A DNA stretch of 64,000 nt from Octopus sinensis. Lineage: Eukaryota. The position numbers and the translations under genes are program-made. Shown here one piece after another: positions 11,150-23,127 of the stretch (positions are counted from its first letter, which is position 1; the number at the start of each line of letters is the position of its first letter). Where the stretch lies: the NCBI RefSeq assembly GCF_006345805.1, contig NC_042997.1:116622001-116686000 (forward strand), in the 5' to 3' direction. The notes under the pieces were generated by a model. It was given only the letters and a program-made list of their open reading frames with translations, was not told the origin of the DNA and did no database searches.

Positions 11150-11995
11150 AATAACCATTTCTAATGGAAGCACAAGGCCTCAAATTTGGGGGGAGGGGAC
11201 TAGTCGATTACATCAACCCCAATACTCAACTGGTATTTAATTTATCGACCATGAAAGGATGAAAGGCAAAGTCGACCTTGGCGGAATTTGAACTCAGAAC
11301 GTAACGGCAGACGAAATACCTATTTCTTTACTACCCTCAAGGGGCTCAACACAGAGGGGACAAACAAGGACAGACAGACGGATTAAGTCGGTTATATCGA
11401 CTCCAGTGTGTAACTGGTACTTAATTTATCGAGCCCGAAAGGATGAAAGGCAAAGACGACCTCGGCGGAATTTGAACTCAGAATGTAACGGCAGACGAAA
11501 TACAACTACGCATTTCGCCCGGCGTGCTAACGTTTCTTCCAGCTCACCGACTTTCTGGCTTTAAATAATAATTCTTTTTTACTATAGGTACAAAGTCAGA
11601 AATTTTAGGGTAAGGGGCTAGGCTATTTCATCGACTTCAGTACTCAGCTGGTACTTATTTCATCGTTTCGAGGCCGATGAAAAGCAAAGTCGGTCTCGGC
11701 TGAATTTGAACTTAGGACATAAAGATGGATGAAACGCCGCTAAGTATTTTGTCTGGCGTGCTAATGATTTTGCCAGCTCGCCGCGCTAATAATAGTTTCA
11801 AATTCTGACACAAGGCCAGCAATTTGGGGGAGGAGTAAGTCGATTACATCAAACCCAGTGATCGACTGGTACTTATTTTATTGAACCCGAAACGATGAAA
11901 GGCAAAGTTAATCTTGGCGGAATTTGAACTCAGAACGAAATGACGGACGAAATACCTCGAAGCATTTTCCCCGTCGCGCTAACGGCCTATATAGC
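11150..11995 (-). mobile_element. Cluster of family B SINEs including a tandem concatemer (about 11160-11550)
   Basis: Repeated GAAAGGATGAAAGGCAAAGTCGACCTCGGCGGAATTTGAACTCAGAACG units. Confidence 0.9.
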
Positions 11996-12000
11996 TTGCC

Positions 12001-12549
12001 GTGGAAGCAATCCCAGGAAGTGGCTCTCATGGCTTCTGATCTTATCTGATTGGATTTGTTATCATGTACAGTGTTTTGTCTTGGTATAAAAGGTGGGCTA
12101 CAGCAAATATTCTGTTCAATACCAGATTTGCTTGTAAGTTGTTTGACCTAACCAGTTGAGCATGTCCCTTAGTGGCTGACGATGTGTGCATCTCTGATCA
12201 CAAGCATAAGTAGTAGGGGAGCATCATAGACATGTGTTGAGAGGGATTCTTTGGGATTTGGATAATCCACCTTTGAAAACATGGGTGTTTCGTTCATCAT
12301 CCTTAAACAACCCTCATTCAGGGACCTTTTGAGCGGGAGTGGTTACTCGACGTGAAGAAAATTCTAACTGGGTCCCACCTGCAAGTTCATGCGCTGTTTA
12401 TCTTCATATAAGGTCACCATGTCGCGCACATATGGTTGTGATGCATGTGCCTGGTGTACCCTTATCAGATAGGTAGTCATGATGGGTATACTGCGCTTCG
12501 TATATTTTACCCCAGTGTCACTTTGATGGCGTGCACTGCTCCCTCACTC

Positions 12550-12593
<44 letters not shown>

Positions 12594-12605
12594 TAATAAT
12601 AATAA
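12001..12605 (+). mobile_element. Probable LINE 3' UTR or non-autonomous retroposon ending in an (AAT)n tail
   Basis: About 550 bp of higher-GC non-coding sequence ending abruptly in (AAT)n; family not established. Confidence 0.45.
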
Positions 12606-12674
12606 TGGTTTCAAATTTTGGCACAAGGCCAGCAATTTTGGGTGGGGGGTAAAGTCGTGTTCTGAAGTGACATA

Positions 12675-13943
12675 CGAGGGACGTTCAATAAGTAATGCCT
12701 CTGACCCACTTGCAGTTGTTTGATCTAGCTGAAATTTTGCATGTGCAATCATTTATACCTCTATTGAGCTCTGAATTAATTGTGGTTTCTGATTTACAGG
12801 TGTTTGAACCGAGTCAAGTGTGAAATGGAGCCTGTTGAGTGTCGAGCAGTGATCCGGTTTTTGTATTTGAAAGGACGCACACCACGGGAGACTTTTGATG
12901 AAATGAAAGTAACTTATGGTGATGATGCCCCATCATATGACCTTGTAAAACGCATCGTGAATTCAAACATGGTCGGAACTCTGTGGAAACAGCTCCCAGA
13001 TCTGGTCGCCCCCTTCTGCCATTGATGAGGCATCTGTCCGTCAAGTTGAGGCTGCCATTTTGGAAGATCGACGCATAATTATTCGCCAAATAGCCCATGA
13101 GGTCAAGATTAGTACCGGGTCTGTGGAAACTATCATTCATGACCATTTGCATATGCAAAAGGTGTCTGCCAGATGGATTCCCAGGTTGCTCACGCCTTTC
13201 CAGAAGCAAGAACGCGTCGAGTGCTCGAGGGTGAATTTGGAGATGTGCCAAGAAGATGAGTCAACATTTTTCAAAAGACTGATTACACAGGATGAAACCT
13301 GAGTCCATCACGATGATCCAGAGACCAAAGCCCAGTCAATGCAGTGGAAGCACCGTGACTCACCCCTCCAAAGAAGGCAAGGGTGCAGCCCCCCGCTGGC
13401 AAGGTCATGCTCACAGTCTTCTGGGACCAGGACGGAGTAGTGATGACAGATTTCCTGGCAAAGGGTACCACAATTGCAGGAGCCTATTATGCTTCACTTC
13501 TGAGGAAATTAAGAGAAGTTATCAAAATAAAGAGGCGGGGCAAGATCAGCAAAGGCATCCTCCTCCTGCAGGACAACGCTCCGGTCCACAACTCGCTTGT
13601 CGCCAGATCAGAAGCACAGGCGTATGGCTATGAACTCCTCCCCATCCCCCCTACTTTCCTAACCTTGCACCCTCTGATTTTCACCTCTTCCCAATCATGA
13701 AGTTGTTTTTGAAAGGAAAGCGTTTCCTAGATGATGCAGCCTTGATTTCTGAAGTCACGTTGTGGTTGGAGGACCAAGCTGGGTTCTTCTACAAAAACGG
13801 TCTCCAGAGCCGCATCAAACGATGGGAGAAATGCGTAACTCAGGGTGGTTCCTATGTAGAAAAAGACTAATAACTGTGCCAAGTTTCGTTGCTCTACTGC
13901 TATGGGAAGTGGGTCAGGGGCATTACTTATTGAACGCCCCTCG
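12675..13943 (+). mobile_element. Full-length mariner transposon (1269 bp)
   Basis: 37-bp TIRs CGAGGGACGTTCAATAAGTAATGCCTCTGACCCACTT with 2 mismatches; TA duplication at 12673-74 and 13944-45. Confidence 0.95.
12825..13870 (+). pseudogene. Frameshifted mariner DDD transposase
   Basis: MEPVECRAVIRFLYLKG, VSARWIPRLLT, ITQDET, LLQDNAPVH, PPYFPNLAPSDFHLFP, RWEKCVTQGGSYVEKD* spread over several frames. Confidence 0.95.
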
Positions 13944-14029
13944 TATTATGCTTCAAGAAGTTTGAAATAACACGATAACTTTTGAAGATATTCAGCAATT
14001 CCAAGATCTATTATTATTAAGGCGGTGAA

Positions 14030-14600
14030 GGGCAGCGAACTGGCAGAAACGTTAGCACGTCGGGCGAAATGCTTAGCGGTATTCCGTCTGCCGTTACGTT
14101 CTGAGTTCAAATTCCGCCGAGGTCGACTTTGCCTTTCATCCTTTCGGGGTCGATTAAATAAGTACCAGTTACGCACTGGGGTCGATGTAATCGACTTAAT
14201 CCGTTTGTCTATCCTTGTTTGTCCCTTCTGTGTTTAGCCCCTTGTGGGTAGTAAAGAAATAGGTATTTCGTCTGCCGCTATGCTCTGAGTTCATATTCCG
14301 CCGAGGTTGACTTTGCCTTTCATCCTTTCGGAGCCGATAAATTAAGTATCAGTTGCGTACTGGGTCGATGTAATCGATTGGCACCCTTCCCCCAAATTTC
14401 GGGCCTTGTGCCTAGAGTAGAAAAAAATCGCTAGCACGCTGTGCAAAATGCTTAGCAACATTTTGTTTGTTCTTAGGTTCCGAGTTCAAATTCTGTCGAG
14501 GTCGACTATGCTTTTTATCCATTTGGAGTCGATAAAATAAGTACCAGTTGTGTACTGGGGAAGATGTAATGGACTTAACATTCCCACGAAATTGCTGGAC
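14030..14600 (+). mobile_element. Family B SINE concatemer plus an adjacent truncated copy
   Basis: tRNA-like head TGGCAGAAACGTTAG..GAGTTCAAATTCC; unit restarts at GGTATTTCGTCTGCCG. Confidence 0.9.
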
Positions 14601-14683
14601 TTTGCTAAAATATGAAACTGATATTACAGGCTTACTGAGCTTTGTGGTTGGTTTTGCACCTGCCACCGCGTCGTAGTCCCTTA

Positions 14684-15079
14684 TTGTCTGTTTGTTTGTT
14701 TGTTTGTTGAGCGAAGTGGTTTTGTCCCAGAGCTCGCAAGATCGAGTGGGAGAAGTCCGAAACGTAGTCTTTTGCTATTTGTAAGACCCGCAGAAGATAA
14801 AGCAGGTCAACCTCTGACACCGAGAGCATCGACGGATGGATGAATGCGCATCCAGGCTCAGCGGTTGCGTAGGAAGTCGGGGACAAGAAACAGGAAAAAA
14901 GAGTGAGAGAAAGTTGGAGTGAAAGAGTACAACAGGGGTCGCCACCCCCCTACCGGAGCCTCGTGGAAATTTAGGTGTTTTCGCTCAATAAACACACACA
15001 ACGCCCAGTCTGGGAATCGAAACCGCGATCTTCCGACCGCGAGTCCGCTGCCCTAACCACTGGGCCATTGCGCCTCCAC
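14684..15079 (-). mobile_element. Full-length tRNA-derived SINE (family D) with a 13-bp target-site duplication
   Basis: TSD TCGTAGTCCCTTA at 14671-14683 and 15080-15092; head GGAGGCGCAATGGCCCAGTGGTTAGG..GGTTTCGATTCCC; (CAAA)n tail. Confidence 0.95.
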
Positions 15080-15445
15080 TCGTAGTCCCTTAGTGCGGTA
15101 GAGGGAAAAGAGAAAGTAGACGCTACTGTAATTTGAACGCAGAACAAGTGAGACGAAGTTAAACACAATAAGACATTAAGTACGGTGCACTGCCATTTAA
15201 TCTCAGCGAATAAATTAGAATCTTACACAACCCAAGATGATTGGTTATTGATTACTTGTTTTATCATATAATGAATCATCGATATTGTCTAGAGCTATCG
15301 AACATTAACCTACAGCTGCCTGACACAATCCATTGAACTTTTGCTAAAAATGGTCCATTATTGAGTGCACAGTTGGTTGGTTTGCGTTGATTAAAAAGTA
15401 AATAATGCAGATACTTGAACTTTCGAGGTGCTTCTATAAACTTAC

Positions 15446-15500
15446 CGTGCTTTCTAAGTTAATCTTAATGATTTCAGCTATGGCGTATTTTGGTAATATC
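15446..15500 (-). CDS. Candidate internal exon (55 nt; one open frame, xILPKYAIAEIIKINLEST)
   Basis: Acceptor ..AAAACTTCAG, donor ACG/GTAAGT, non-repetitive context; no protein match recognised. Confidence 0.3.
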
Positions 15501-16009
15501 CTGAAGTTTTAGATTTAAAACATAAAAATTTGTTCTCTGAAAAAAAAAAAATGTTAGTTTATTCCTTTGAGCATACAAAAAATATGTATTGGGGAGTAGT
15601 AAATATACTATACCGCCAAAGACGAGATGGTCACGCTTAGAGCACTTTTAAAAAGACAGGCATCTTGGAAGAAAAAAGAGGGAACAAAAACAGCGTATCA
15701 TCCAATCTTTAAAAAATCCAGTGTTATGAAATAACAGCTAAAGTTGTTTGAAATAGAAAATTTTTTAAATGTAATAAAAAAAATTAAAAAAGATTTAATT
15801 TTACCAAGATTATCGTAATTCTAATCTTTAACGCGTAATCGTAATCCTCAGGATTTTGTATATTTTATAACTTCTTATTTTTTTTAATCGACGATCAACT
15901 TATTTTCCAATATGAAAAACTTCTCTGTTTTGTAGTTTAAGTCCTGAGTTTTCCCCTAGCTGTAGGACTCCCAAGGTCGCTTAGCTGAATGGGGTACCGG
16001 TCCGTTGCA

Positions 16010-16995
16010 GGGCTTAAGACCAGGGATTTTGAGAGGACGAAGCAAGTTGATTACCTCGACTCCAGTACTTAACTTCTACTTATTTTATCAACCCCGAAGA
16101 GATGAAAGGCAAAGTTGACGTCGACGGGATTTGAACTCCGAACGTAAAGAACCAGAAGAAATGACGCTAAACACTATGGCCGATGTGCTAACGATTTTGC
16201 CAGCTCACTGTCTTAAACTCCGAGTATCACATAATTCAATTACAAATTTTAGCACAAGGCCAACAATTTTGGGCGAGGGGTAAGTCAATTATATCGAGTA
16301 GCGTTCAACTGAAAGGCAAAGTCAATCTCAGCGGAATTTGAACTCGAAACGTAAAGACGGACGAAATGCCGCAAAGCATTTTTCCCAGCGTGCAAACGAT
16401 ACTGCCACCTCACTGCGTTGGAGTATCCCATATTTTATACAATCCTTTCTACTAAAGGCACAGGGTCTGAAATTTTGGTAGGACAGGACGAGTTGACTAC
16501 ATCGACCTCAGTGTTTCACTGGTACTTAATTTATCGATCCGAAAGAATGAAAAGCAAAGTCAGAATTTGAATTCAGAACGTAGCGATAGGCGAAATACCT
16601 ATTTCTTTACTACCCACAAGGGGCTAAACACAGAGGAGACAAACAAGGACAGACAAACGAATTAAGTCGATTATATCGACTTTAGTGCGTAACTTATTTA
16701 ATCGACCCGAAAGGATGAAAGGCAAACTCGACCTCGGCGGAATTTGAACTCAGAACTTAGCGGCAGACGAAATACCTATTTCTTTACTACTCACAAGGGG
16801 CTAAACACAGAGGGGACAAACAAAGACAGACAAACGGATTAAGTCGATTATATCGATCCCAGTGCGTAACTGGTACTTATTTAATCGACCCCGGCAGAAT
16901 TTGACCTCGGCAGAATTTGAACTGAAAACGTAACGGCAGACGAAATAAGGCTACGCATTTCGCCCGGCGTGTTAACGTTTCTGCCAGCTCGCCGC
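16010..16995 (-). mobile_element. Family B SINE cluster with a concatemer of about 2.5 units
   Basis: Junction GAAATACCTATTTC at about 16592 and 16769; head ends GCCAGCTCGCCGC. Confidence 0.9.
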
Positions 16996-17460
16996 TTTTC
17001 CTATTTTATACAATAAAACTTGATAAACTAGAAATAAATTTTTACTGGAATTTAAGAAGGATATTATAGTATTTTTTGTGTTGTAAATCCAAAGAAATAT
17101 TTGTTTGTATTTTTTAACGCCTTTGTATATAACCTGTTTGGGAGATCTCGTAAAAGTGCTTAAGAATAGAGATGCATTCAAGTGACATTGCTGTAAATTT
17201 CCATTAACAATAGCAAAATTAAAAATCTGTCAAATTTATTGACCTGCAAATCACAGAACTAATGGAAGCTGACAATTTTGAGACTGAGTTAGAAGCTTGA
17301 TAAACATTTAAATATCTTGTTTGAACATCAATTTGAAATGTAAAAGCGGCCATGTTGTTAATGGCATGATTGATAACTTTCCCTAACTTGGATGCTGGAG
17401 GAATAAAAAAAAAGGAAAAAACCCTGCTTTAATGCATTGTATTTTTTTCTGTTTTTATGT

Positions 17461-17838
17461 TTTATCTTTTACTAGTTTCAGTCATTAGACTGCGGCCATG
17501 CTGGGACACCTCCTTGAAGAAATTTTGGTCGTATGAATCGACCCCAGTACTTACTTTCGTTTTTAAGCCTGGTATTTATTATATCGGCCTTAATTTTCCG
17601 AACCGCTAAGTTACGAGGACCTAAACACTGACTTTCAAGCGGTGGTGAGGCGCAAACCTACACACACACACACATACGTCGAGATTCTTTCAACTCCATC
17701 CACCAAACCCACTCACAAGGCTTTGGTTGGCCCGAGGCTATTGTAGAAGACACTTGCTCAAGATGCCATGCACTGGGACTGAACCCGGAACCACGAGGGC
17801 GGGAAGCAAACTTCTTACCACTGAGCCACATCTGCCCC
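17461..17838 (-). mobile_element. Full-length SINE family A with internal (CA)n
   Basis: Head, microsatellite and tail in order. Confidence 0.85.
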
Positions 17839-19299
17839 TTCTACAGTCTAGAAAAAAATTGTCAAATACAGAGAAAAATTATCTTTTTTTCACCAATATA
17901 TGATGCTAATGATAGGGAGATACGATACAAGAACAACCGTATTTATACATTATTTTGTATCGCTGTTGGGGAACAATAGCGCTCCACTGGATATGTGCTT
18001 TCAACAAACCAATCACCGCGTTTCTGAAGGCGAGTGTAATGAAGAAATATTTGTAACTCGATAAATATATAGCAAAGGCTTTAGTTCGCAGAACATCATC
18101 TCTTTTTTGTTTCATGTTGATGCTTACATCCTTCATCCGTATACATCGACTATTATCTATTCATCAGTTGTTTGTGTATGTGTGTGAGTGTGTGTATGTG
18201 TGTGAGTGTGTATGTGTAAATGTGTGTGTGTATGAGTGTGTGTGTGCGTGTGTCTTGCTTCAGTCTGTGTATAATTCGAAGCAACTACGAATAACAGAAA
18301 AAATAAAACAAAAGCTTAAGGAACGTTCACAGTTGATATTATTAAGTTGATGACGAAAATAAATTATAGAGTAAACAGTAGAGAGTAAAAATATAACGTT
18401 TCGGACATCGTCGTTCGTCGGATGTTAATAAACTTGGCCCCTCCCTTCAAAATTGCTGGCCATGAATAGTGCAATGAACCAGCGTCTCGTTCAGGGGAAA
18501 TGTGATCTGAGTCTCTTATGCAATGGAAACCGGGAAACTGGCCACATAAATCTAAGCGCTCGAGAAAAAGAAAGCAAATGGATCGACTGATTTTATTCTA
18601 CATTGTGTTAAATGGAATTTGTGTGAATGTTTTTTGTGTTTTGCTACATGAGCGTCTGTGGAGTTGGTTTAATCACTCCATTTGCTTCCCAAGCGCCGTC
18701 ATCCGAGCGATAAACTACAGATAAGAACCGTGGGCGAATCTTCACAATGTTGTGAGAGCTTTAAGGGCGGGCTGCAGTTTGAGCCAGACAGCCATTGTAT
18801 TCAAGTGAAGCGCAATAATATCAAAAGCCATAACGATACAACAATGTTACACACAGATTCGACAGTTAACGGAATATGTGACACGTCAAGCATCGATCAC
18901 GATATAGACGACGAGAGAAATAACAGGGAAAAAAAATCCCGATGAAAAATTCAGAAAATGCATATGAAAATAACTTGAGTGATACATTTTCATCAAATAT
19001 ATATAAATGTAAAAACTTTTTAAATACCAAAAGCTGTTATTAAAACTTGCTAAATATCGACCGCTCATTAATAAAAGGCCAATCTCACCTTATCGGGATT
19101 TGAAATCAAATCAGTAACATTTGCTCCAAATGTCATTTGTTGTATTAACTAGACACCATTGTTCTGTTTGATAATATATTTATTAATTTCATACAATGTC
19201 TCTTCAACTATTAAATCTATTGCTCTAACCATCAGTTCATTTCATTAAATTTTCAGCTATCTTCTCACCCGAATACCGAGGATGGTACAAAGCTGGTGA

Positions 19300-19474
19300 A
19301 GGTTGTATGTATGTATGTATGTATGTATGTATGTATGTATGTATGTATGTATGTATGTATGTATGTATGTAGTATGTATGTATGTAGTATGTATGTATGT
19401 ATGTATGTATGTATGTATACAAACATATATGTATATATATATATATATATATATTATACATACATACATATATA

Positions 19475-19508
<34 letters not shown>

Positions 19509-19514
19509 ACATAT

Positions 19515-19558
<44 letters not shown>

Positions 19559-19677
19559 ATCACACATATATATATATACACATATATATATATACATATA
19601 TATATATATACACACATATATATACATATACATATATATACATATATCTACATATATATACATATACATATATACAC

Positions 19678-19721
<44 letters not shown>

Positions 19722-19790
19722 TATATATATATAACATATATATATGCATACACACACATGTATATATATATATATTTACACACACACACG
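19300..19790. repeat. Long compound (TATG)n/(TA)n/(CA)n microsatellite
   Basis: Directly visible. Confidence 0.95.
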
Positions 19791-19847
19791 GAGAGAGGTG
19801 CTCCAGCATGGCCGCAGTCTAATGACTGAAACAAGTAGAGATAAAAG

Positions 19848-19879
<32 letters not shown>

Positions 19880-19900
19880 TATATATACTATATATATATA

Positions 19901-19952
<52 letters not shown>

Positions 19953-19967
19953 ATATATATATACATA

Positions 19968-20123
19968 CAGCGTGGGGCTGTGTGTTAAGGAGCTTGCTTA
20001 CCAACCACATGGTTCCTGGTTCAGTCCTTCTACGTGGCACCTTGAGCAAGTGTCTTCTACTATAGCTTCGACCGACCAACTTTTGTTAGTAGATTTGGCA
20101 GACGGAACTGAAAGAAGCCCGCC

Positions 20124-20162
<39 letters not shown>

Positions 20163-20271
20163 GTGAAATAGAAAGATGAATAATCTTGTAGTAGATTAAT
20201 CAAAAGTTTAACCGATACCTTAGTAGCAAAAATCACAGCAGTGAACAGCTCCATTTCTTCAATTCACCAAT

Positions 20272-20312
<41 letters not shown>

Positions 20313-20525
20313 TGTATAAATATATGTGTGTGTCTGTATTTGTCCCTCCGCCATCGCTTGGCAACAGATGTTGGTGTGTTTACGTCCCCGTAAATCAGCG
20401 GCTCACCAAAAGAGACCGACAGAATAAGTACTAGGCTTACAAAGAATAAGTCCTGGGATCGAATTGTTCGACTAAAGGCGGTGCTCCAGCATGACCGCAG
20501 TCATATGACTGAAACAAGTAAAAGA
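19968..20525 (+). mobile_element. SINE family A (head 19968-20125, tail about 20335-20525)
   Basis: Family motifs on both sides of a (TA)n-rich interior. Confidence 0.8.
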
Positions 20526-20770
20526 ATATATCTTCTCTTCTCTTTTACTTGTATAACAAAGAAATTAATAAGAATGAAGAACAACGCACCTTTATTTCAG
20601 GAATACATCACACAATAGTTTTATTACGTATGCTTTCTTGTTTAGGTATAGTAAAAGGTACAATATACAAATCGATCCACAATGGATCGATTGTAAAGTC
20701 AAATATATCCAAAACCTATGCATACATGTTTCTAAGGCAACCCACACCGGCGTGAATCTAATGAGAACTA

Positions 20771-21352
20771 CAGAGTGTTCAAAAAGTCTCTCCGCAGTGA
20801 AGTTTTTCTATGGATAGCAATTTCGGAAATGCTCATTGTAGGATCAATATTTTTGGAGACACCATCAACACCGAAAGATATTGATAAATATTGTCTATCG
20901 ATTTGTAGGCCAACTCACTGAAAGTGAAATTTATAATGCATACTTTCAGCAAGACGGAGCTACAGCACATACTTCGCACATCACCAACAGGTTATTTCGA
21001 AGGGACTTTGGCCACTAAGATCGCCTGATTTAACACCACAAGACTTTTTTTTCTGGGGAGCAAGTAAAGGATCAGTATACAAGAATCGCCCGAAAACCAT
21101 TAATGAGCTAAAAGACCCAATCATAACCTTAACACGGTCCATATTGCGTCAGACTCTCCAAAATGTATTTCAAAACATGTGTAGAAGAGTCAACTTACGT
21201 ATTGAAAATGAAGAACTACACTTTCAACACCTCTCATAAAGATTTTTAAAGTCTTGTAAAGCCTAATATATTCTTTTGTAGTCTTATACCATCTTATAAA
21301 TATATATTTTGCAATAAATTACTTACTGCGGAGAGACTTTTTGAACACACTG
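20771..21352 (+). mobile_element. Internally deleted Tc1/mariner-superfamily element (582 bp)
   Basis: 28-bp TIRs CAGAGTGTTCAAAAAGTCTCTCCGCAGT (1 mismatch), TA duplication; remnants YFQQDGATAHT and WPLRSPDLTPQDFF. Confidence 0.9.
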
Positions 21353-21378
21353 TATACTGTACTATTTTTAAAAAATGT

Positions 21379-21621
21379 CCCTTCTCGAGCTATGCCAGGC
21401 TCATAAGGGCCGGTTTCCCGTTTTCAGTGGCGAAGAAATTCCCCACGTGGACGGGACGCTGGTCCGTCGCAGGATTACTCATTTTTGCCAGCTGAGTGGA
21501 CTGGAGCAACGTGAAATGAAGTGTTTTGTTTAAGAACACAACGCATCGCCCGGTCCAGGAATCGAAACCACAACCTTACGATCATGAGTTCAACATCCTA
21601 ACCACTAAGCCACGCGCCTCC
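21379..21621 (-). mobile_element. tRNA-derived SINE family C
   Basis: GGAGGCGCGTGGCTTAGTGGTTAGG..GGTTTCGATTCC head and AAACACTTCATTTCACGTTGCTCCAGTCCACTCAGC domain. Confidence 0.9.
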
Positions 21622-22096
21622 ACATTATACTATTTATTATGTCTTAAAAACTGCTTATGTAATGCAATGGGTGCTGGCCCTCGTATGATATGATTCTGAA
21701 TTAAAGATGTTATTCTTTCTTCTTGTTAATGTTTATATAATATACTCTGGAATATTCTTCAAAGTGAACTTTGGATTTACTTATCGCACTGGGATTATCA
21801 CCGCGAATGTAAATTCTGTTTGGATTTAATGCTCTCTGTTCAACGTAGTTAGTCAAGTTCACACTGCCACTGAGTGCGGCTTACAAGATACCTGCCTGGA
21901 TTAATAAATCCTTGTTACTTGCTATTATGTATGTGCATGTGTGCGTGTGCGTGTGTGTATATTCACATATATATGTATATTTTGATTCGTGTTTATTAGT
22001 CGAAAGACACCTGTTGTTATTTTGTTTGTATTTGTAATTGTGTAACATCTCCGTTTTTTGTCTTTGTTGTATACATGGACATTGTTGTAGAACTGA

Positions 22097-22294
22097 AAAA
22101 GAGGTAATTTCTACTCTCCTCCTCTGGAAGTCATCTACTCGCAATGCCAGAGGGCGCACACTCTCCTACCCTGATGTGATCTCCAGGGATACAGGCATCC
22201 AGCAACAGGACCCCCGTAATGCCATGATGGACCGTGAAGTCTGGCGTAGTATGGTAAATTCCATTGTCTCGACCACGGTCGAACAATGATGTGG
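22097..22294 (+). mobile_element. RTE-clade LINE 3' end fragment
   Basis: LLLWKSSTRNARGRTLSYPDVISRDTG..AMMDREVWRSMV resembles the RTE ORF C-terminus; TGA-type tail. Confidence 0.75.
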
Positions 22295-22543
22295 TGATGA
22301 TTCTCCCCCAAATTTTAATGCTCTTAGTTTGGATTTTTTTGGGCAGCCAGATTTGAAATGGCTCAAGTGTAACTGCCCGAAACTGTAAGGACAATTTGGT
22401 AACTTGACTGATGAGAGGAACTTGCTAATGAGCCGTCCTTGTTTTTTTCCTTTCCATCTTTTTATTGTTTTTTCTGTTCGCCTTCGCATTGTCTATCTGT
22501 CCGGATGTTTTACTGTTGTCTGTTGAGTTGTTCCATTTTTTAG

Positions 22544-22622
<79 letters not shown>

Positions 22623-23127
22623 CACACACGCACGTACACACACAGACACACACACGTATATGTATGTGTATTATATATAGATAAATGTATATATATATGT
22701 ATGTATGTATGAATGTATGTATGTATGTTTTAGTTGCCAATTCTGTACAAGACATTGTAGATCTTTGGCTGGGCTAAAAAGTCACATTCGATCACAGCAC
22801 CAATAACAGTTAAGCTTCGTGCAATGGCCATACTCAATAACGAGGGGGCAGCCATAATATATGTATGTATGTATGTATGTATGTATATGTATGTATGTCA
22901 ATATTCAGTTTTATTTCAAGATTTCTTGCGAATAGAGAAAGAGCCGCTTTCTAACCTAGATCCAAAGCTCCTTCATTGGAATTTCAACAACCTCAGCAGA
23001 GTATGTATGTATGTATGTATGTATGTATGTATGTATGTATGTATGTGCACGTGTAGGTTTGTATGTGTTTGCTTTATGTATGTATTCTTATGCATATAGT
23101 TGCATATTTAGACATGCTCATATATAT

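Noticed and set aside
12605-12675. Mariner inserted inside a family B SINE
   Set aside because: The SINE fragment on the left does not resume after the right TIR
15000-15079. SINE heads as functional tRNA genes
   Set aside because: A/B boxes are present but they run into SINE bodies, with no clean cloverleaf end or T-run terminator; this copy has a TSD
18578-18724. MDRLILFYIVLNGICVNVFCVLL as a Cys-loop receptor M4 helix
   Set aside because: The upstream sequence is SINE-derived and no other receptor segment is present
21737-21862. Minus-strand open stretch GSVNLTNYVEQRALNPNRIYIRGDNPS as an exon
   Set aside because: Weak acceptor and donor, and its end phase does not fit the 15446-15500 candidate
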